This document shows positions 28,954 through 38,775 of a DNA stretch of 64,000 nt, piece after piece; within the stretch, counting starts at the first letter, position 1; every line of letters begins with the position of its first letter. A program made the translations under genes and the position numbers. The notes beneath the pieces are model-generated. The model searched no databases. It was given only the letters and a program-made list of their open reading frames with translations, and was not told the origin of the DNA. Origin of the DNA: Acidobacteriota bacterium (GTDB taxonomy: Bacteria > Acidobacteriota > Polarisedimenticolia > QHYA01); contig QHYA01000061.1 of the NCBI GenBank assembly GCA_003223995.1, positions 2,259 to 66,258 of the forward strand, written 5' to 3'.

Positions 28954-30108
28954 GTGGCGTCGATTCGAAACCTCTACGGGCTGTCGGTGGAAGAGCTGTC
29001 CGAAGCCCTTTCTCCGCTGGAGCCGCGCCCGTTCACGGCCCGCCAGATCGCCGCCCACCTCTATGCGCGCCGGCTGCTCGACTTCGACAGGATGACCGAT
29101 CTACCCGCGAAGCTCCGGGCGGAGCTCGCGCGATCCTTCACCATCCAGCTCCCCTCCCCGGCGGAGACGCTCGTGTCGCGGGACGGCACGACGCGCTACG
29201 TGCTCTCCCTTCCATCGGCAGGATCGGTCGAGGCCGTGTTCATCCCCTCGGGCAAGCGAGCGACCCTGTGCATCTCGAGCCAGTCGGGCTGCGCACTGGG
29301 CTGCACCTTCTGCATGACGGGAACCCTCGGCCTACTGCGCCACCTCTCGTCCGGAGAGATTGCCGGGCAGGTCGCGCTCCTGATGGATCTTCACCGGCTG
29401 CGGCCAAACTGCTTCAACATCGTCTTCATGGGGATGGGAGAGCCTCTCCACAACTATCAGGCTCTGAAAGCCGCGCTGAGGCTTCTGTGCGACAGGCGGA
29501 CAGGTTTCGGGATCTCCCCGGGTCACATCACCGTCTCGACCGCGGGACTGGCTCCGGCCATCGAGAAGCTTGCAGCAGAGGAGATCGTCCCCCGCCTGGC
29601 GGTCTCGCTCAATGCAACGACCGACGAGGCCCGCTCGCGGATCATGCCCATCAACAAGAGCTATCCCATCCTCTCCCTGATGGAGGCCTGCGGGAAGTTC
29701 CTCCGCGAGGCCGGCCAGCGGCTCACCCTCGAGTACGTGATGCTCTCGGGTGTCAACGACTCCCGAGAGGACCTGCCACGGCTCGCGCGCCTCGCCTCGT
29801 CGCTCCCCGCGCGCGTCAACCTCATTCCCTTCAACGCGACACCGGAGCTTCCCTTCCAGCCGTCGCCGATGGAACAGGTGCGGCGGTTCCGCGATGGGCT
29901 GCTGAAGCGGGGCGTGCGGGCTTCGATCCGCGCCAGCCGCGGCCCGGACATCCGGGCGGCGTGCGGGCAGCTTTCCTTCGGCGCCCCCGGCGACGGAGCC
30001 GCAGGAACAGGAAGAGGAGAGTCGGCCGCCGGGAAGAACCGCCGCGCGTCCGACCCGCCGGAGGCCGCGATGGAGCGGGCCGCGGCGGGGGAGCTGGTGG
30101 CGAGATGA
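28954..30108 (+). CDS. rlmN: 23S rRNA/tRNA (adenine-C2)-methyltransferase, radical SAM
   Basis: 384 aa, GTG start; radical-SAM CALGCTFC, conserved MGMGEPL and C-terminal Cys; Ala/Gly-rich C-terminal tail. Confidence 0.88.
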   Translation: MASIRNLYGLSVEELSEALSPLEPRPFTARQIAAHLYARRLLDFDRMTDLPAKLRAELARSFTIQLPSPAETLVSRDGTTRYVLSLPSAGSVEAVFIPSGKRATLCISSQSGCALGCTFCMTGTLGLLRHLSSGEIAGQVALLMDLHRLRPNCFNIVFMGMGEPLHNYQALKAALRLLCDRRTGFGISPGHITVSTAGLAPAIEKLAAEEIVPRLAVSLNATTDEARSRIMPINKSYPILSLMEACGKFLREAGQRLTLEYVMLSGVNDSREDLPRLARLASSLPARVNLIPFNATPELPFQPSPMEQVRRFRDGLLKRGVRASIRASRGPDIRAACGQLSFGAPGDGAAGTGRGESAAGKNRRASDPPEAAMERAAAGELVAR

Positions 30109-30866
30109 TCCGACTCGACGGCCAAGTGGCGGTCGTGACCGGCGGCTCGAGGGGGATCGGCCGAGCCGCCGTGCGGCTGCTGGCTGGCGCCGGCGCCCGC
30201 GTGGCGTACTCTTACCATACGGACCTTCCGGCCGCCCGCTCGCTCGAGCAGGAGATCGCCCGTGCGGGCGGCGAGGCGAAGCCGGTCCAGGCGGATCTGC
30301 GCCGGCGTGCAGAGGCGGAAGGGATCGTGGAAGAGGCCCAGGGACTCTACGGCCGCATCGACGTGCTCGTGGCGAATGCAGGTATATGGAACGCGGAGCC
30401 GATCCCGATGGAAGAGATGACCGACGAGGAATGGGACGAGACGTTGCAGGTGAACCTGAGGGGGGTCTTCTACGTTCTCCGCGCGGCGCTTCCGCAAATG
30501 AAGCAGCGGCGCGCGGGGCGTCTCATCATCGTCTCCTCGACCGCCGGTCAGCGGGGGGAAGCCTTTCACTCCCATTACGCGGCGAGCAAGTCGGGTCTGT
30601 TCGGCCTGACGAAATCGCTCGCTGTGGAAGCCGCCCCTGACGGAGTGCTCGTGAACTGCGTCGCTCCGGGCTGGGTGGATACCGATATGGCCGCGCCTGC
30701 GCTGAAAGGCGCAGGAATGGAAGCCGTCCTCGCCACGATCCCCCTGGGCCGCCTGGGCACGCCCGAGGAGATCGCGGGCGCAATCCTTTTTCTCGCGTCC
30801 CCCTTCGCCAGCTACGTCACCGGCGAGGTGCTGAACGTCAATGGAGGTTCTGTTCTGTGCGGATGA
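30105..30866 (+). CDS. SDR-family oxidoreductase (FabG-like 3-oxoacyl-ACP reductase)
   Basis: ATG at 30105 overlaps the rlmN stop (ATGA). VAVVTGGSRGIGRA (TGxxxGxG), NAG, YAASK catalytic motif. In the ORF track this is the in-frame 3' part of the artefactual 684-aa ORF 28812..30866. Confidence 0.85.
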   Translation: MIRLDGQVAVVTGGSRGIGRAAVRLLAGAGARVAYSYHTDLPAARSLEQEIARAGGEAKPVQADLRRRAEAEGIVEEAQGLYGRIDVLVANAGIWNAEPIPMEEMTDEEWDETLQVNLRGVFYVLRAALPQMKQRRAGRLIIVSSTAGQRGEAFHSHYAASKSGLFGLTKSLAVEAAPDGVLVNCVAPGWVDTDMAAPALKGAGMEAVLATIPLGRLGTPEEIAGAILFLASPFASYVTGEVLNVNGGSVLCG

Positions 30867-32326
30867 TCCGGATTTCTCTTCGATTCTTCTTCTTCCTGAC
30901 CGCCGTCGCCGCCGCGAGCGGCTGCGCCGCCAACAGGACCTCCGTCCACCAGTCCATGGAGCAGATGATCTTCCACGCCCGCGACCGGGTCTTCCCCGCG
31001 CTGGTCCACATCGAGCCCATCCTCGAAGTCTATCAGTCCGGCCAGCGAGGGCGCATCGCGGTGACCGGGTCCGGAGTGATCTTCAGCACCGACGGCTACG
31101 TGCTGACCAACAACCACGTTGTCGAGAGGGCCGAGCGGGTCACCTGCACCCTCTCGGACAAGCAGGAAGTCACCGCCGCGGTCGTGGGGCGCGATCCCGA
31201 GACGGACGTCGCCGTGATCCAGCTCGACGTCTCGCAGGTTCGCGGGAAGCTCCCCGTCGCCGAGCTCGGGGACTCCTCACGGCTCCAGATCGGCCAGCAC
31301 GTCATGGCGATGGGAAGCCCCCTGGGTCTCGCCCGCTCGGTCTCGCTGGGGATCATCTCCTCGCTGGACCGCTATCTGCCGGAGGATCAGATGCCGGCCG
31401 GAGCCGCCACCGGGCAGTTCAACACGTGGATCCAGACCGACGCAGCGATCAACCCGGGCAACAGCGGCGGGCCCCTTGTGGATCTCGGCGGTCGGGTCAT
31501 CGGCATCAACTCGCGGGCAGTGACGGTCTTCGGCGAGAACGTCGGCTTCGCGATCCCGATCAACCTCGTGCATGAAACCGCGGAGAAGATCATTCATCAC
31601 GGTTCGCCGCAGCGCTCCTGGCTGGGCGTGAACTGGCAGCCGCTCAAGGTCATCTCCGACGGCGGAGCCAGGGGCCAGAATGGGATCCTCGTCGGAGGGG
31701 TCGTGCCGAACTCCCCGGCTGAGCGGGCAGGGCTTCGCGCTGGCGACGTGCTCGTCTCCTACGATGGCCGCTCCGTGGCCGTGCGGTATGAAGAGGAGCT
31801 GCCACCCTTCCGCAAGATGGAGGCCGACACACCGGTCGGCAAGACGGTGCAGCTGGGCGTTCTCCGGGACGGGTCCTCCGTGATGTTCAGCGCCGTGACC
31901 GTCGAGCGGAAGAGCGCGGAGGCTGAGGACTTCGAGTGCCGCGAATGGGGGTTCACCGTGCGGGCGATCAACGATGAGATCGCGCGGGCTCGCAACCTCG
32001 ACCAGACCACCGGGGTGATCGTTACCGGCATCAAGCGCGGCTCCTTCGCGGCGGAAGGGGAGCTGGTCGGGGGGCTGGTGATCGACTCCATCGATGGCCG
32101 GCCGATCCCCAACCTGGACGCTTTCCGGCAGGTCTATGCGAGCCTCGTGGGAGAAAAGCGCGACCGGGTCCTCATCGTCACGCGCCGGGGCAGCGTGCTG
32201 CACTTCCACCTCCTCAAGCCGACCTACGAGAAGAGCTCTCCCAAGGCCATGGATCATGACCAGGATGACGACCAGGAGCAGTCCGACGACAATGATGGTC
32301 CGGGAGATTTCCACCATGACGGCTAG
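30857..32326 (+). CDS. htrA: HtrA/DegP-family serine protease lipoprotein (trypsin domain + 2 PDZ)
   Basis: 489 aa; lipobox AAASGC; catalytic triad present: TNNHVV (His), TDVAVIQL (Asp), GNSGGPLVDL (Ser); two PDZ domains; acidic C-terminal tail. Confidence 0.85.
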   Translation: MRMIRISLRFFFFLTAVAAASGCAANRTSVHQSMEQMIFHARDRVFPALVHIEPILEVYQSGQRGRIAVTGSGVIFSTDGYVLTNNHVVERAERVTCTLSDKQEVTAAVVGRDPETDVAVIQLDVSQVRGKLPVAELGDSSRLQIGQHVMAMGSPLGLARSVSLGIISSLDRYLPEDQMPAGAATGQFNTWIQTDAAINPGNSGGPLVDLGGRVIGINSRAVTVFGENVGFAIPINLVHETAEKIIHHGSPQRSWLGVNWQPLKVISDGGARGQNGILVGGVVPNSPAERAGLRAGDVLVSYDGRSVAVRYEEELPPFRKMEADTPVGKTVQLGVLRDGSSVMFSAVTVERKSAEAEDFECREWGFTVRAINDEIARARNLDQTTGVIVTGIKRGSFAAEGELVGGLVIDSIDGRPIPNLDAFRQVYASLVGEKRDRVLIVTRRGSVLHFHLLKPTYEKSSPKAMDHDQDDDQEQSDDNDGPGDFHHDG

Positions 32327-33815
32327 TGTCGCGTCTCGGAAATGTCTTTTCAGGCCGGGCCGGGTGCTCTTCCCGCTCGCCGTTTCCCTGGGCGTGCTGG
32401 TGGCGGCTTCCCTGCCGGCGCCGTTGCTCGCCTCTCCCCCTCCCGCAACCCCGGGCTACGGCAGCCTCGTTGAGGAGGGACAAGCCTCGGTCGTCGCGGT
32501 CCGCTTCCAGTTGAGGCCGAAGGAACGGCCGAAGGGAGGGGAAGGGCAGAAGGTCCGCCGTCTCGTTTGCGGCGTGCTCGCCGGGCCGCCCGGCCAGATC
32601 ATCATCAGCGGGGACTTCTTTCCAGATATGGATGATGGTCCCGACGCCATGGAGCCTTTCGATTTCCGCCTTGTCATGCCCGGCGGTGATGAGGTGCCCG
32701 CTGAAGCCATCGGCGTCGATCGCGAGCTGAACCTGGCCTTTCTTCACGCATCTCCCTCGCTCATTCGCTCCTTTCGAGCGGCTTCCTTCGATCCATCGGT
32801 GCAGGCGGCGGTCGGCGACGAGGTCATCGTGGTCGGACTGCTTCCCGAGAGGTACAACTTCTCGAAGGCGGTCTATCCCGCCCGCATCAGTGCCGTGCTC
32901 GACCAGCCTCGCCGGATGTACTCGCTGGACATCCCGCTCGAGGATCTGGCGATCGGAGGGCTGGTGCTGCTGAGGGACGGCCGGCCGCTCGGGATCATCG
33001 GGGAGGACCTGCTCTCGGAGGATCGGATTCAGGGCAACGCGGCGAACATCCTGTCCCTGCTGGGGTCGAGCAACCAGGGACCCCACATCGGCTACCCGTT
33101 CGTCTTCCCATTCTCAGTCTTCTCCCGCTCGCTGACCAATCCCCCCCGCCTGAAGGACGAGCGCCGCGAGACGCGCGGCTGGCTCGGGATCACGATGCAG
33201 CCTCTCTCGCGGGATCTGGCGGAATACTGGAGCATTTCCTCGCGGGGAGGAGTGATCGTCGCCGGTGTGGTCGATGGTTCCCCGGCCTCCGCCGCAGGCC
33301 TCAGCCCGGGGGACGTCATCCTCGGTGTGGACGGGCAGGAGTTGCCGGTGCGCGAGACGTCCGATCTGGCCCAGATGCAGAGACTGATCCGCAGCGCCGG
33401 CGCGGGACGCGCCATTCCCCTGTCGGTCTGGAGGGAGGGGGCGGTCCGGACGGTCGAGGTGCGGCTGTCCTCCTCGCCTGTCACGGCGACCACCGCTCAG
33501 GAGTACGAGGACGAGCAGTTCGGCCTGAAGGCGCGCGAGCTGACTTTCGACTACCTGCAGTCAGCGAACCTCGACCGCTCGACCCGCGGGGTGCTGATCA
33601 TCGGGCTCGAACGGGCCGGCTGGGCCCAGGTCTCCGGGCTCCAGACGCGGGACATCATCCAGAAGGTCGCTGGCGAGCCGACTCCCGACCTGGAATCCTT
33701 CCGCCAGGCCATGGAGAAGATCGAGAAGTCGCGCCCTCGAGAGGTGATGTTCTTCATCCTGCGTGAGTATCAAACCCGTTTCGTCCGCGTCAAGGCGGAC
33801 TGGCGCGGGCGGTAA
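32316..33815 (+). CDS. HtrA-like protein with degenerate (predicted inactive) protease domain + 2 PDZ domains
   Basis: ATG at 32316 overlaps the htrA stop by 11 nt; signal peptide; overall HtrA architecture but no NHV His motif and GNSGGP replaced by LAIGGLVLL; PDZ domains intact (GVIVAGVVDGSPASAAGLSPGDVILGVDGQEL; GVLIIGLERAGWAQVSGLQTRDIIQKVAGE). Confidence 0.7.
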   Translation: MTASVASRKCLFRPGRVLFPLAVSLGVLVAASLPAPLLASPPPATPGYGSLVEEGQASVVAVRFQLRPKERPKGGEGQKVRRLVCGVLAGPPGQIIISGDFFPDMDDGPDAMEPFDFRLVMPGGDEVPAEAIGVDRELNLAFLHASPSLIRSFRAASFDPSVQAAVGDEVIVVGLLPERYNFSKAVYPARISAVLDQPRRMYSLDIPLEDLAIGGLVLLRDGRPLGIIGEDLLSEDRIQGNAANILSLLGSSNQGPHIGYPFVFPFSVFSRSLTNPPRLKDERRETRGWLGITMQPLSRDLAEYWSISSRGGVIVAGVVDGSPASAAGLSPGDVILGVDGQELPVRETSDLAQMQRLIRSAGAGRAIPLSVWREGAVRTVEVRLSSSPVTATTAQEYEDEQFGLKARELTFDYLQSANLDRSTRGVLIIGLERAGWAQVSGLQTRDIIQKVAGEPTPDLESFRQAMEKIEKSRPREVMFFILREYQTRFVRVKADWRGR

Positions 33816-33841
33816 CCTTCCGCCGGTTCGTCCTCGATACC

Positions 33842-35122
33842 TCACGCTCCGCCCGGCGGCGGCTGGTCCGGCTGGAAGAGGTCGCGCCGGATGATATCGA
33901 GCAGGAACAGCAGCACCGTGATCAGCAGCGGTCCGAGGAACAACCCTGCGACCCCAAAGGCCATCATGCCCCCCAGCACGCCGAAGAAGACCAGAAGGGC
34001 GTGCATCCGGGTCCTGCCGCTGATGAAGAGAGGCCTGAGGAAGTTGTCCACCAGCACGACCACGGCCAGTCCCCACACCGCGAGGAAGATCCCTTTGGCG
34101 GGATGGCCTTGCAAGAGCAGATAGACAGCTCCTGGGCCCCAGACCAGGAAGCTTCCTCCGACCGGTATCAACGAGCAGAAAAACATCGCGATACCCGCCA
34201 CGACGGGGGAGGGAAGCCCCACGACGGCCCAGCCGATGCCCCCGAGGATGGCCTGGATCACAGAGGCCATGATGACCCCGTAGAAAACGGCCCACGTGAC
34301 CTCATGGAGCCTCTCGAGCACGGCCTCCTTGTCCGCTGGCCGGAGGGGAAGGAACTCCTGGAAGGCCTCCAGGATCGCGGGGCCTTCATGGAAGAAATAG
34401 ACCATCGTGAAGATCGTGATCAGGAACATGACCAGGGTCCAGAGGGTGTTCTGGACCAGTGAGCTGGTCTGAGCGACCATGGCATTGCCGACCCGTTTCA
34501 TCGTGTCGAGCGCCATCCCCTCGAGGTCCACCCGCGACAGATCCACATAGCGGCCGAGCACTCCTTCAAGATCCCTCACGAAGGGAAGTTTCGGCTTCGC
34601 GGGCATGGGCGATCCGCCAGGCGGCGCGGAATCACCCCGCAGGGGCTCGCTTTCACCTCCAGGCGGGGGCGCAGAGAGATCCCTCCCGTCAGGCCTGGAC
34701 GTGCCGTCGATGTCCGGAGAGGCTGGCGCCTCTGGTTGCCGAGATTCAGGCTGACGCGCCTGTGGGCGCGTCCCGCCGGGCGGGAACGGCTCGGGCTGCG
34801 GTCCGTCGTTCGATCGGAGCGTGTCCTCGATGTCCGACAAGGCCCCCGTCACAGTCTGCGCGAGACTCGAGACCAGGATGGAAGCCGGGAGGATGATGAT
34901 GGCGGCAACGACACCGCTGCACACGACTGCTGCTGCGAGATCGCGCCCTTTCATCAGCCGCGCGAGCGAGCGGTAGAGAGGATGGAACGCCGTCGCGAGA
35001 AAGACGGCCCACGCGATCGCCGACAGGAAGGGGAAGAAGACGAGGTAAAGGAGGTAGACGGTCAGGGCGAACAGCGCGAGCACGAACACCCGCGCGGCCT
35101 GTTCGCGCCCCATGGATCGCAC
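33842..35122 (-). CDS. AI-2E family transporter (PerM/UPF0118) with a ~90-aa Pro/Gly/Arg-rich insertion
   Basis: 426 aa; TM-rich N- and C-terminal halves typical of AI-2E, interrupted by low-complexity RSNDGPQPEPFPPGGTRPQARQPESRQPEAPASPDIDGTSRPDGRDLSAPPPGGESEPL. Confidence 0.75.
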   Translation of the reverse strand: MRSMGREQAARVFVLALFALTVYLLYLVFFPFLSAIAWAVFLATAFHPLYRSLARLMKGRDLAAAVVCSGVVAAIIILPASILVSSLAQTVTGALSDIEDTLRSNDGPQPEPFPPGGTRPQARQPESRQPEAPASPDIDGTSRPDGRDLSAPPPGGESEPLRGDSAPPGGSPMPAKPKLPFVRDLEGVLGRYVDLSRVDLEGMALDTMKRVGNAMVAQTSSLVQNTLWTLVMFLITIFTMVYFFHEGPAILEAFQEFLPLRPADKEAVLERLHEVTWAVFYGVIMASVIQAILGGIGWAVVGLPSPVVAGIAMFFCSLIPVGGSFLVWGPGAVYLLLQGHPAKGIFLAVWGLAVVVLVDNFLRPLFISGRTRMHALLVFFGVLGGMMAFGVAGLFLGPLLITVLLFLLDIIRRDLFQPDQPPPGGA

Positions 35123-35200
35123 TATAGCACGCCGGTGGGAAGCCGGGGATGGCGTGAGGACACCGGCCGCGGTCGTGCCCGCAGCGCCGGAGAGGGCCGT

Positions 35201-36361
35201 CTATCCAAGCGCGGCGCGCAGGAGCGGCGGGGCGGCGAAAGTCGAGAGCATGACGACCACGACGATGGCGGCGTAGGTGTCGGCATGCGCCACGCCCGTG
35301 GCGAGCCCCAACCCCGCAAACACCAGTCCGACCTCACCGCGCGGGATCATGCCGATCCCGATTGCAGAACGACGCAGTCTCGTCCCTTTCTTGTACGCGA
35401 AGAAGCCGGAGAGCCACTTGCCCAGAAGCGCGGCTGCGAGCAGCAGCGCTGTCAGGAGCAGCCCCTGGCGCCGCTGCGGATCGGAGGGATCGAGATATCG
35501 GACATCCACCGCGGCTCCCGCGGTCGCAAAGAAGATCGGGACGAAGAAATCGGCCAGCGGGCGCACCGACTCCTGGATGTGCACCCTGCGATCGGTGCGC
35601 GCCAGGACCAGCCCCGCCGCGAAGGCCCCGACGATGGCGGCCGAGCCGGCGGCGTCCGCGGCAGCCGACAGCACGAAGGCGAAGGAGATGCAGGAGACCA
35701 GCAGAACCCCTCTCACCCGCATCAGGGAAGCGATCTTGACGAGCTGAGGCGCCAGGAGCTGGCCCGCAGTCACGGCGGCAGCGAAGAAACCCACGGCCAG
35801 CAGGCTCATCCCGACGACGCTGCCTACAGACACCGATCCTTTCTCGGCCAGCCCCTTCACCAGGGCCAGGACCACGAGCCCCAGGACATCGTCGATGATG
35901 GCGGCCCCGAGGATGATCTGCGCCTCGGGGGAGCCGATCTTTCCCATGTCGGCCAGCACGCGCGCGGTGATCCCGATGCTGGTTGCCGTCAGTGCCGCGC
36001 CGACGAAGATCGACGTGATGGAGGAGTAACCCAGGGCCGCCATCACTCCCCAGCCGAGGAGGAAGGGGAACAGCATGCCCGCGAGGGCCACAACCAGCGA
36101 CTGGAGTCCGACCCGTAGAAGCTGCTGCAGGTCCGAGCTCAACCCGATCTCGAAGAGCAGGATCAGGACGCCGAGCTCGGCCAGGATGTGGAGTGTGTGC
36201 TCGGCCGGATTGATCAGCGCCAGGGCCGAACCGCCGAGCAGGACGCCCGCGGCCAGCTCGCCCAGCACCGCCGGCTGCCCGAGCCGCTCGGCCGCCTCTC
36301 CCAACCCCTTGGCGGCGATGTAGATGGCCGCCAGGACGACCAGAAGCGCGGCGAGACCCAT
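35201..36361 (-). CDS. cation:proton antiporter (CPA1/CPA2, Na+/H+ exchanger membrane domain)
   Basis: 386 aa, ~11 TM helices; conserved antiporter segments (ILLFEIGLS, GAAIIDDVLGLVVLAL, MIPRGEVGLVFA). Confidence 0.8.
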   Translation of the reverse strand: MGLAALLVVLAAIYIAAKGLGEAAERLGQPAVLGELAAGVLLGGSALALINPAEHTLHILAELGVLILLFEIGLSSDLQQLLRVGLQSLVVALAGMLFPFLLGWGVMAALGYSSITSIFVGAALTATSIGITARVLADMGKIGSPEAQIILGAAIIDDVLGLVVLALVKGLAEKGSVSVGSVVGMSLLAVGFFAAAVTAGQLLAPQLVKIASLMRVRGVLLVSCISFAFVLSAAADAAGSAAIVGAFAAGLVLARTDRRVHIQESVRPLADFFVPIFFATAGAAVDVRYLDPSDPQRRQGLLLTALLLAAALLGKWLSGFFAYKKGTRLRRSAIGIGMIPRGEVGLVFAGLGLATGVAHADTYAAIVVVVMLSTFAAPPLLRAALG

Positions 36362-36370
36362 GCTGTGACG

Positions 36371-37549
36371 CTAGCGGCTTGGACGCGCTGCCTTTGCCAG
36401 CCCCGCGAGGCGGTCACCGGCCAGTGTCAATGTTTCCAGCTTCTTGCAGAACGAAAAGCGCAGCCGCTCGCGGCCATCCTCCGGGCGGTGATAGAAGGAG
36501 GAGCCGGGAACCGCCGCCACGCCGAACTCGCGCACGAGGTATCGCGCGAACTCGGTGTCGTCCGCGAAACCGAAGCTGCTGATGTCGGTCATCACGTAGT
36601 AGGCCCCGTGGGGCATGAAGTAACGGAAGCCCGCCGCCTCGAGAAACGGCAGGAACTTGGCGCGCCGCCGCTCGTACTCCCGCGCGAGCGAGACGTAGTA
36701 CTCCCCCGGAAGCGACAGCGCCACCGCACCGGCCTCCTGCAGAGGGGCGGCGGCGCCCACCGTCACGAAATCATGCACCTTCCGGATGCCGTCGGTCAGC
36801 GCTGGCGAGGAAATGGTGTAGCCCACCCTCCATCCGGTCACGCTGTAGGATTTCGAAAGCCCTCCGATCAAGACCGTTCGGTCTTCCATGCCGGGAAGAG
36901 TGATCAGCGGCACGTGCTCGGCATCGTCGTAGAGGATGTGCTCGTAGATCTCGTCGGTGAAGGCGACGACGTCCCACTTCCGGCACAGCTCCGCGATGAT
37001 GGAAAGCTCCTCCCGCGCAAAGACCTTTCCCGTCGGATTGTGCGGGGAGTTGAGGATGATCCCCCGGGTCTTGTCGCTGAAGGCCCGCGCCAGATCGTCC
37101 GGATCGAACCTGAAGTCCGGCTCGTGAAGGGTCACGTAGCGGGGCGAGGCGCCGGAGAGGATCGCGTCCGGTCCGTAGTTCTCGTAGAACGGCTCGAAGA
37201 CGATCACCTCTTCTCCCGGATCGACCACGGCCATGATGGCGGAGAGCATCGCCTCGGTCGCGCCACAGGTCACGCAGATCTGCCTTTCGGGGTCGATCTC
37301 CATCCCGTAGAAGCGGCGCATCTTCTCGGCAAGGGCGCGGCGGAAGCTGGGCGCTCCCCATGTGATTGCGTACTGGTTGATGTCGTCCTGGATCGCTTTG
37401 CAGGCCGCCTCCTTGATCTCCAACGGCGCGGCGAAGTCGGGAAACCCCTGAGCGAGATTGACGCCATCGTGCCGGATGGCCAGCCGTGTCATCTCCCGGA
37501 TGACCGATTCCGTGAAACGGCTGGCTTTCTCTGAAACACCGATCTTCAT
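36371..37549 (-). CDS. PLP-dependent aminotransferase, class I/II (MtnE/YbdL-like)
   Basis: Start MKIGVSEKASRF at 37549 with RBS GAGGAG; motifs NQYAITWGAPSFRRALAE, NSPHNPTGKVF, SKSYSVTGWRVGY (PLP-Lys region). Confidence 0.85.
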   Translation of the reverse strand: MKIGVSEKASRFTESVIREMTRLAIRHDGVNLAQGFPDFAAPLEIKEAACKAIQDDINQYAITWGAPSFRRALAEKMRRFYGMEIDPERQICVTCGATEAMLSAIMAVVDPGEEVIVFEPFYENYGPDAILSGASPRYVTLHEPDFRFDPDDLARAFSDKTRGIILNSPHNPTGKVFAREELSIIAELCRKWDVVAFTDEIYEHILYDDAEHVPLITLPGMEDRTVLIGGLSKSYSVTGWRVGYTISSPALTDGIRKVHDFVTVGAAAPLQEAGAVALSLPGEYYVSLAREYERRRAKFLPFLEAAGFRYFMPHGAYYVMTDISSFGFADDTEFARYLVREFGVAAVPGSSFYHRPEDGRERLRFSFCKKLETLTLAGDRLAGLAKAARPSR

Positions 37550-37903
37550 TGTTCTCCTCGCTGGGGTCATTCGCCCGGCTTTCCGCGCGTCCTTCCTTCT
37601 CAATCCAGCCGCGTTCGGGCGACCGAAGCAAGAATGCCGAGGGTCTTCGTCCGCGGGGTGGACCGACCGCGTGCAGGCCGATGATACTGGATTCCCGGGG
37701 CGCCTACCGATCCGGCGAGGAACCGGAAGAACCGTGTTCAGCCCAAGGCGGGAAGATCGTTCTGCTTGCCGGGGCGGCCGAAGCTGTCCTGGAATCGGGA
37801 AAGACCCCCGCGCGCGGGGCGTGCGGGGGTCTCGGAGGCAGGCCGCGAACCGGCCAGAATGCCGCCGGCTTTCCCGGTGAGAACGGGGCAGCCGGCGGTC
37901 CGA

Positions 37904-38457
37904 CTACTTGCCGAAGAAGATGGACAGCCCGGCCCGGATGCCGTAAACGTCCTGATCGTCGAAATCCGACTTGCCGAAGTTCCTGAGGTAGAAAGCTTGA
38001 ACGTTGACTGCGGCGCTGTCGGAAGCCATGACACGGATGCCGCCGTGGCCTTCCGCCTGCCAACTGAACACGTCGTCGAGGTCTCCGAAGTTCTTCGCCG
38101 CGAAGGCCCCCACGAACGGGATGATCGAGCCGCTCGACTCGAAGTTGTAGCGATAGAAGCCGCCGATGCTCCCCGCCTCGGTCGTGGAGCCCTTGTCCGG
38201 GTCGAACCTTGAATAGGTGAGAACCGGCCCAACTTCGTGGTTATTGCTCAGCATGATCCCCCACAGCCCGTCGAGGGTCAGATCCTTGCTGCCGGACACG
38301 AGCTCCGTGCCGTCAGTCAGCTTGATCGCATCGTTATCTGTGTACGAAAAGGTCAGCTCCAACTCGTTGGTGCCTTCCTTGAGCGCGGCCGCGTTGAACA
38401 CGCCGGCGAACAGCATCGTCGCGGCAACGGCCACGACTGTGAAACGAAAAAACTTCA
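37904..38457 (-). CDS. small outer-membrane beta-barrel protein (OmpW/OmpA-beta-barrel-like)
   Basis: Start MKFFRFTVVAVAATMLFAGVFNAAAL at 38457 (signal peptide); ends with aromatic terminal motif ...GLSIFFGK, typical of OM beta-barrels. Confidence 0.6.
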
Positions 38458-38775
38458 TTCCAATCCTCCTTCTGATGGCTCCAGAGTTCCGTCCTCTCAT
38501 CCCCCGGCAGAGTAGAGCCCCACCTCCGCCGAATGGGCAAGAAACTGTTCACTCGTGACACCCCCCACAGAGATCGTGGAGTTTGCGTCGGACTCTGCAA
38601 GAGGACTGCCACCAGGCCGGCGTCCCGCGCACGGGAGCGCAACACTGCCTGAATCATCGGTTGCGTGTGGGGACGGGGAAGGGAAGGGCCGGCCCGGGGT
38701 CGCCCATTTACTCCATTTTGTTGGATCAGTCCAAGCGGTTGGATGGGCCCGGACTCAGCCCATTGGGGCCGGCTC

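Noticed and set aside
28812-30866. 684-aa ORF spanning rlmN and the SDR
   Set aside because: The first 430 aa are an alternative frame of rlmN with nonsense composition. Only the in-frame 3' part from ATG 30105 (the SDR) is real
37795-37835. Intrinsic terminator for the OMP gene (minus strand)
   Set aside because: A 9-bp GC stem (gacccccgc/gcgggggtc) is present, but the trailing U-tract on the minus strand is only 3 nt. Too weak to call
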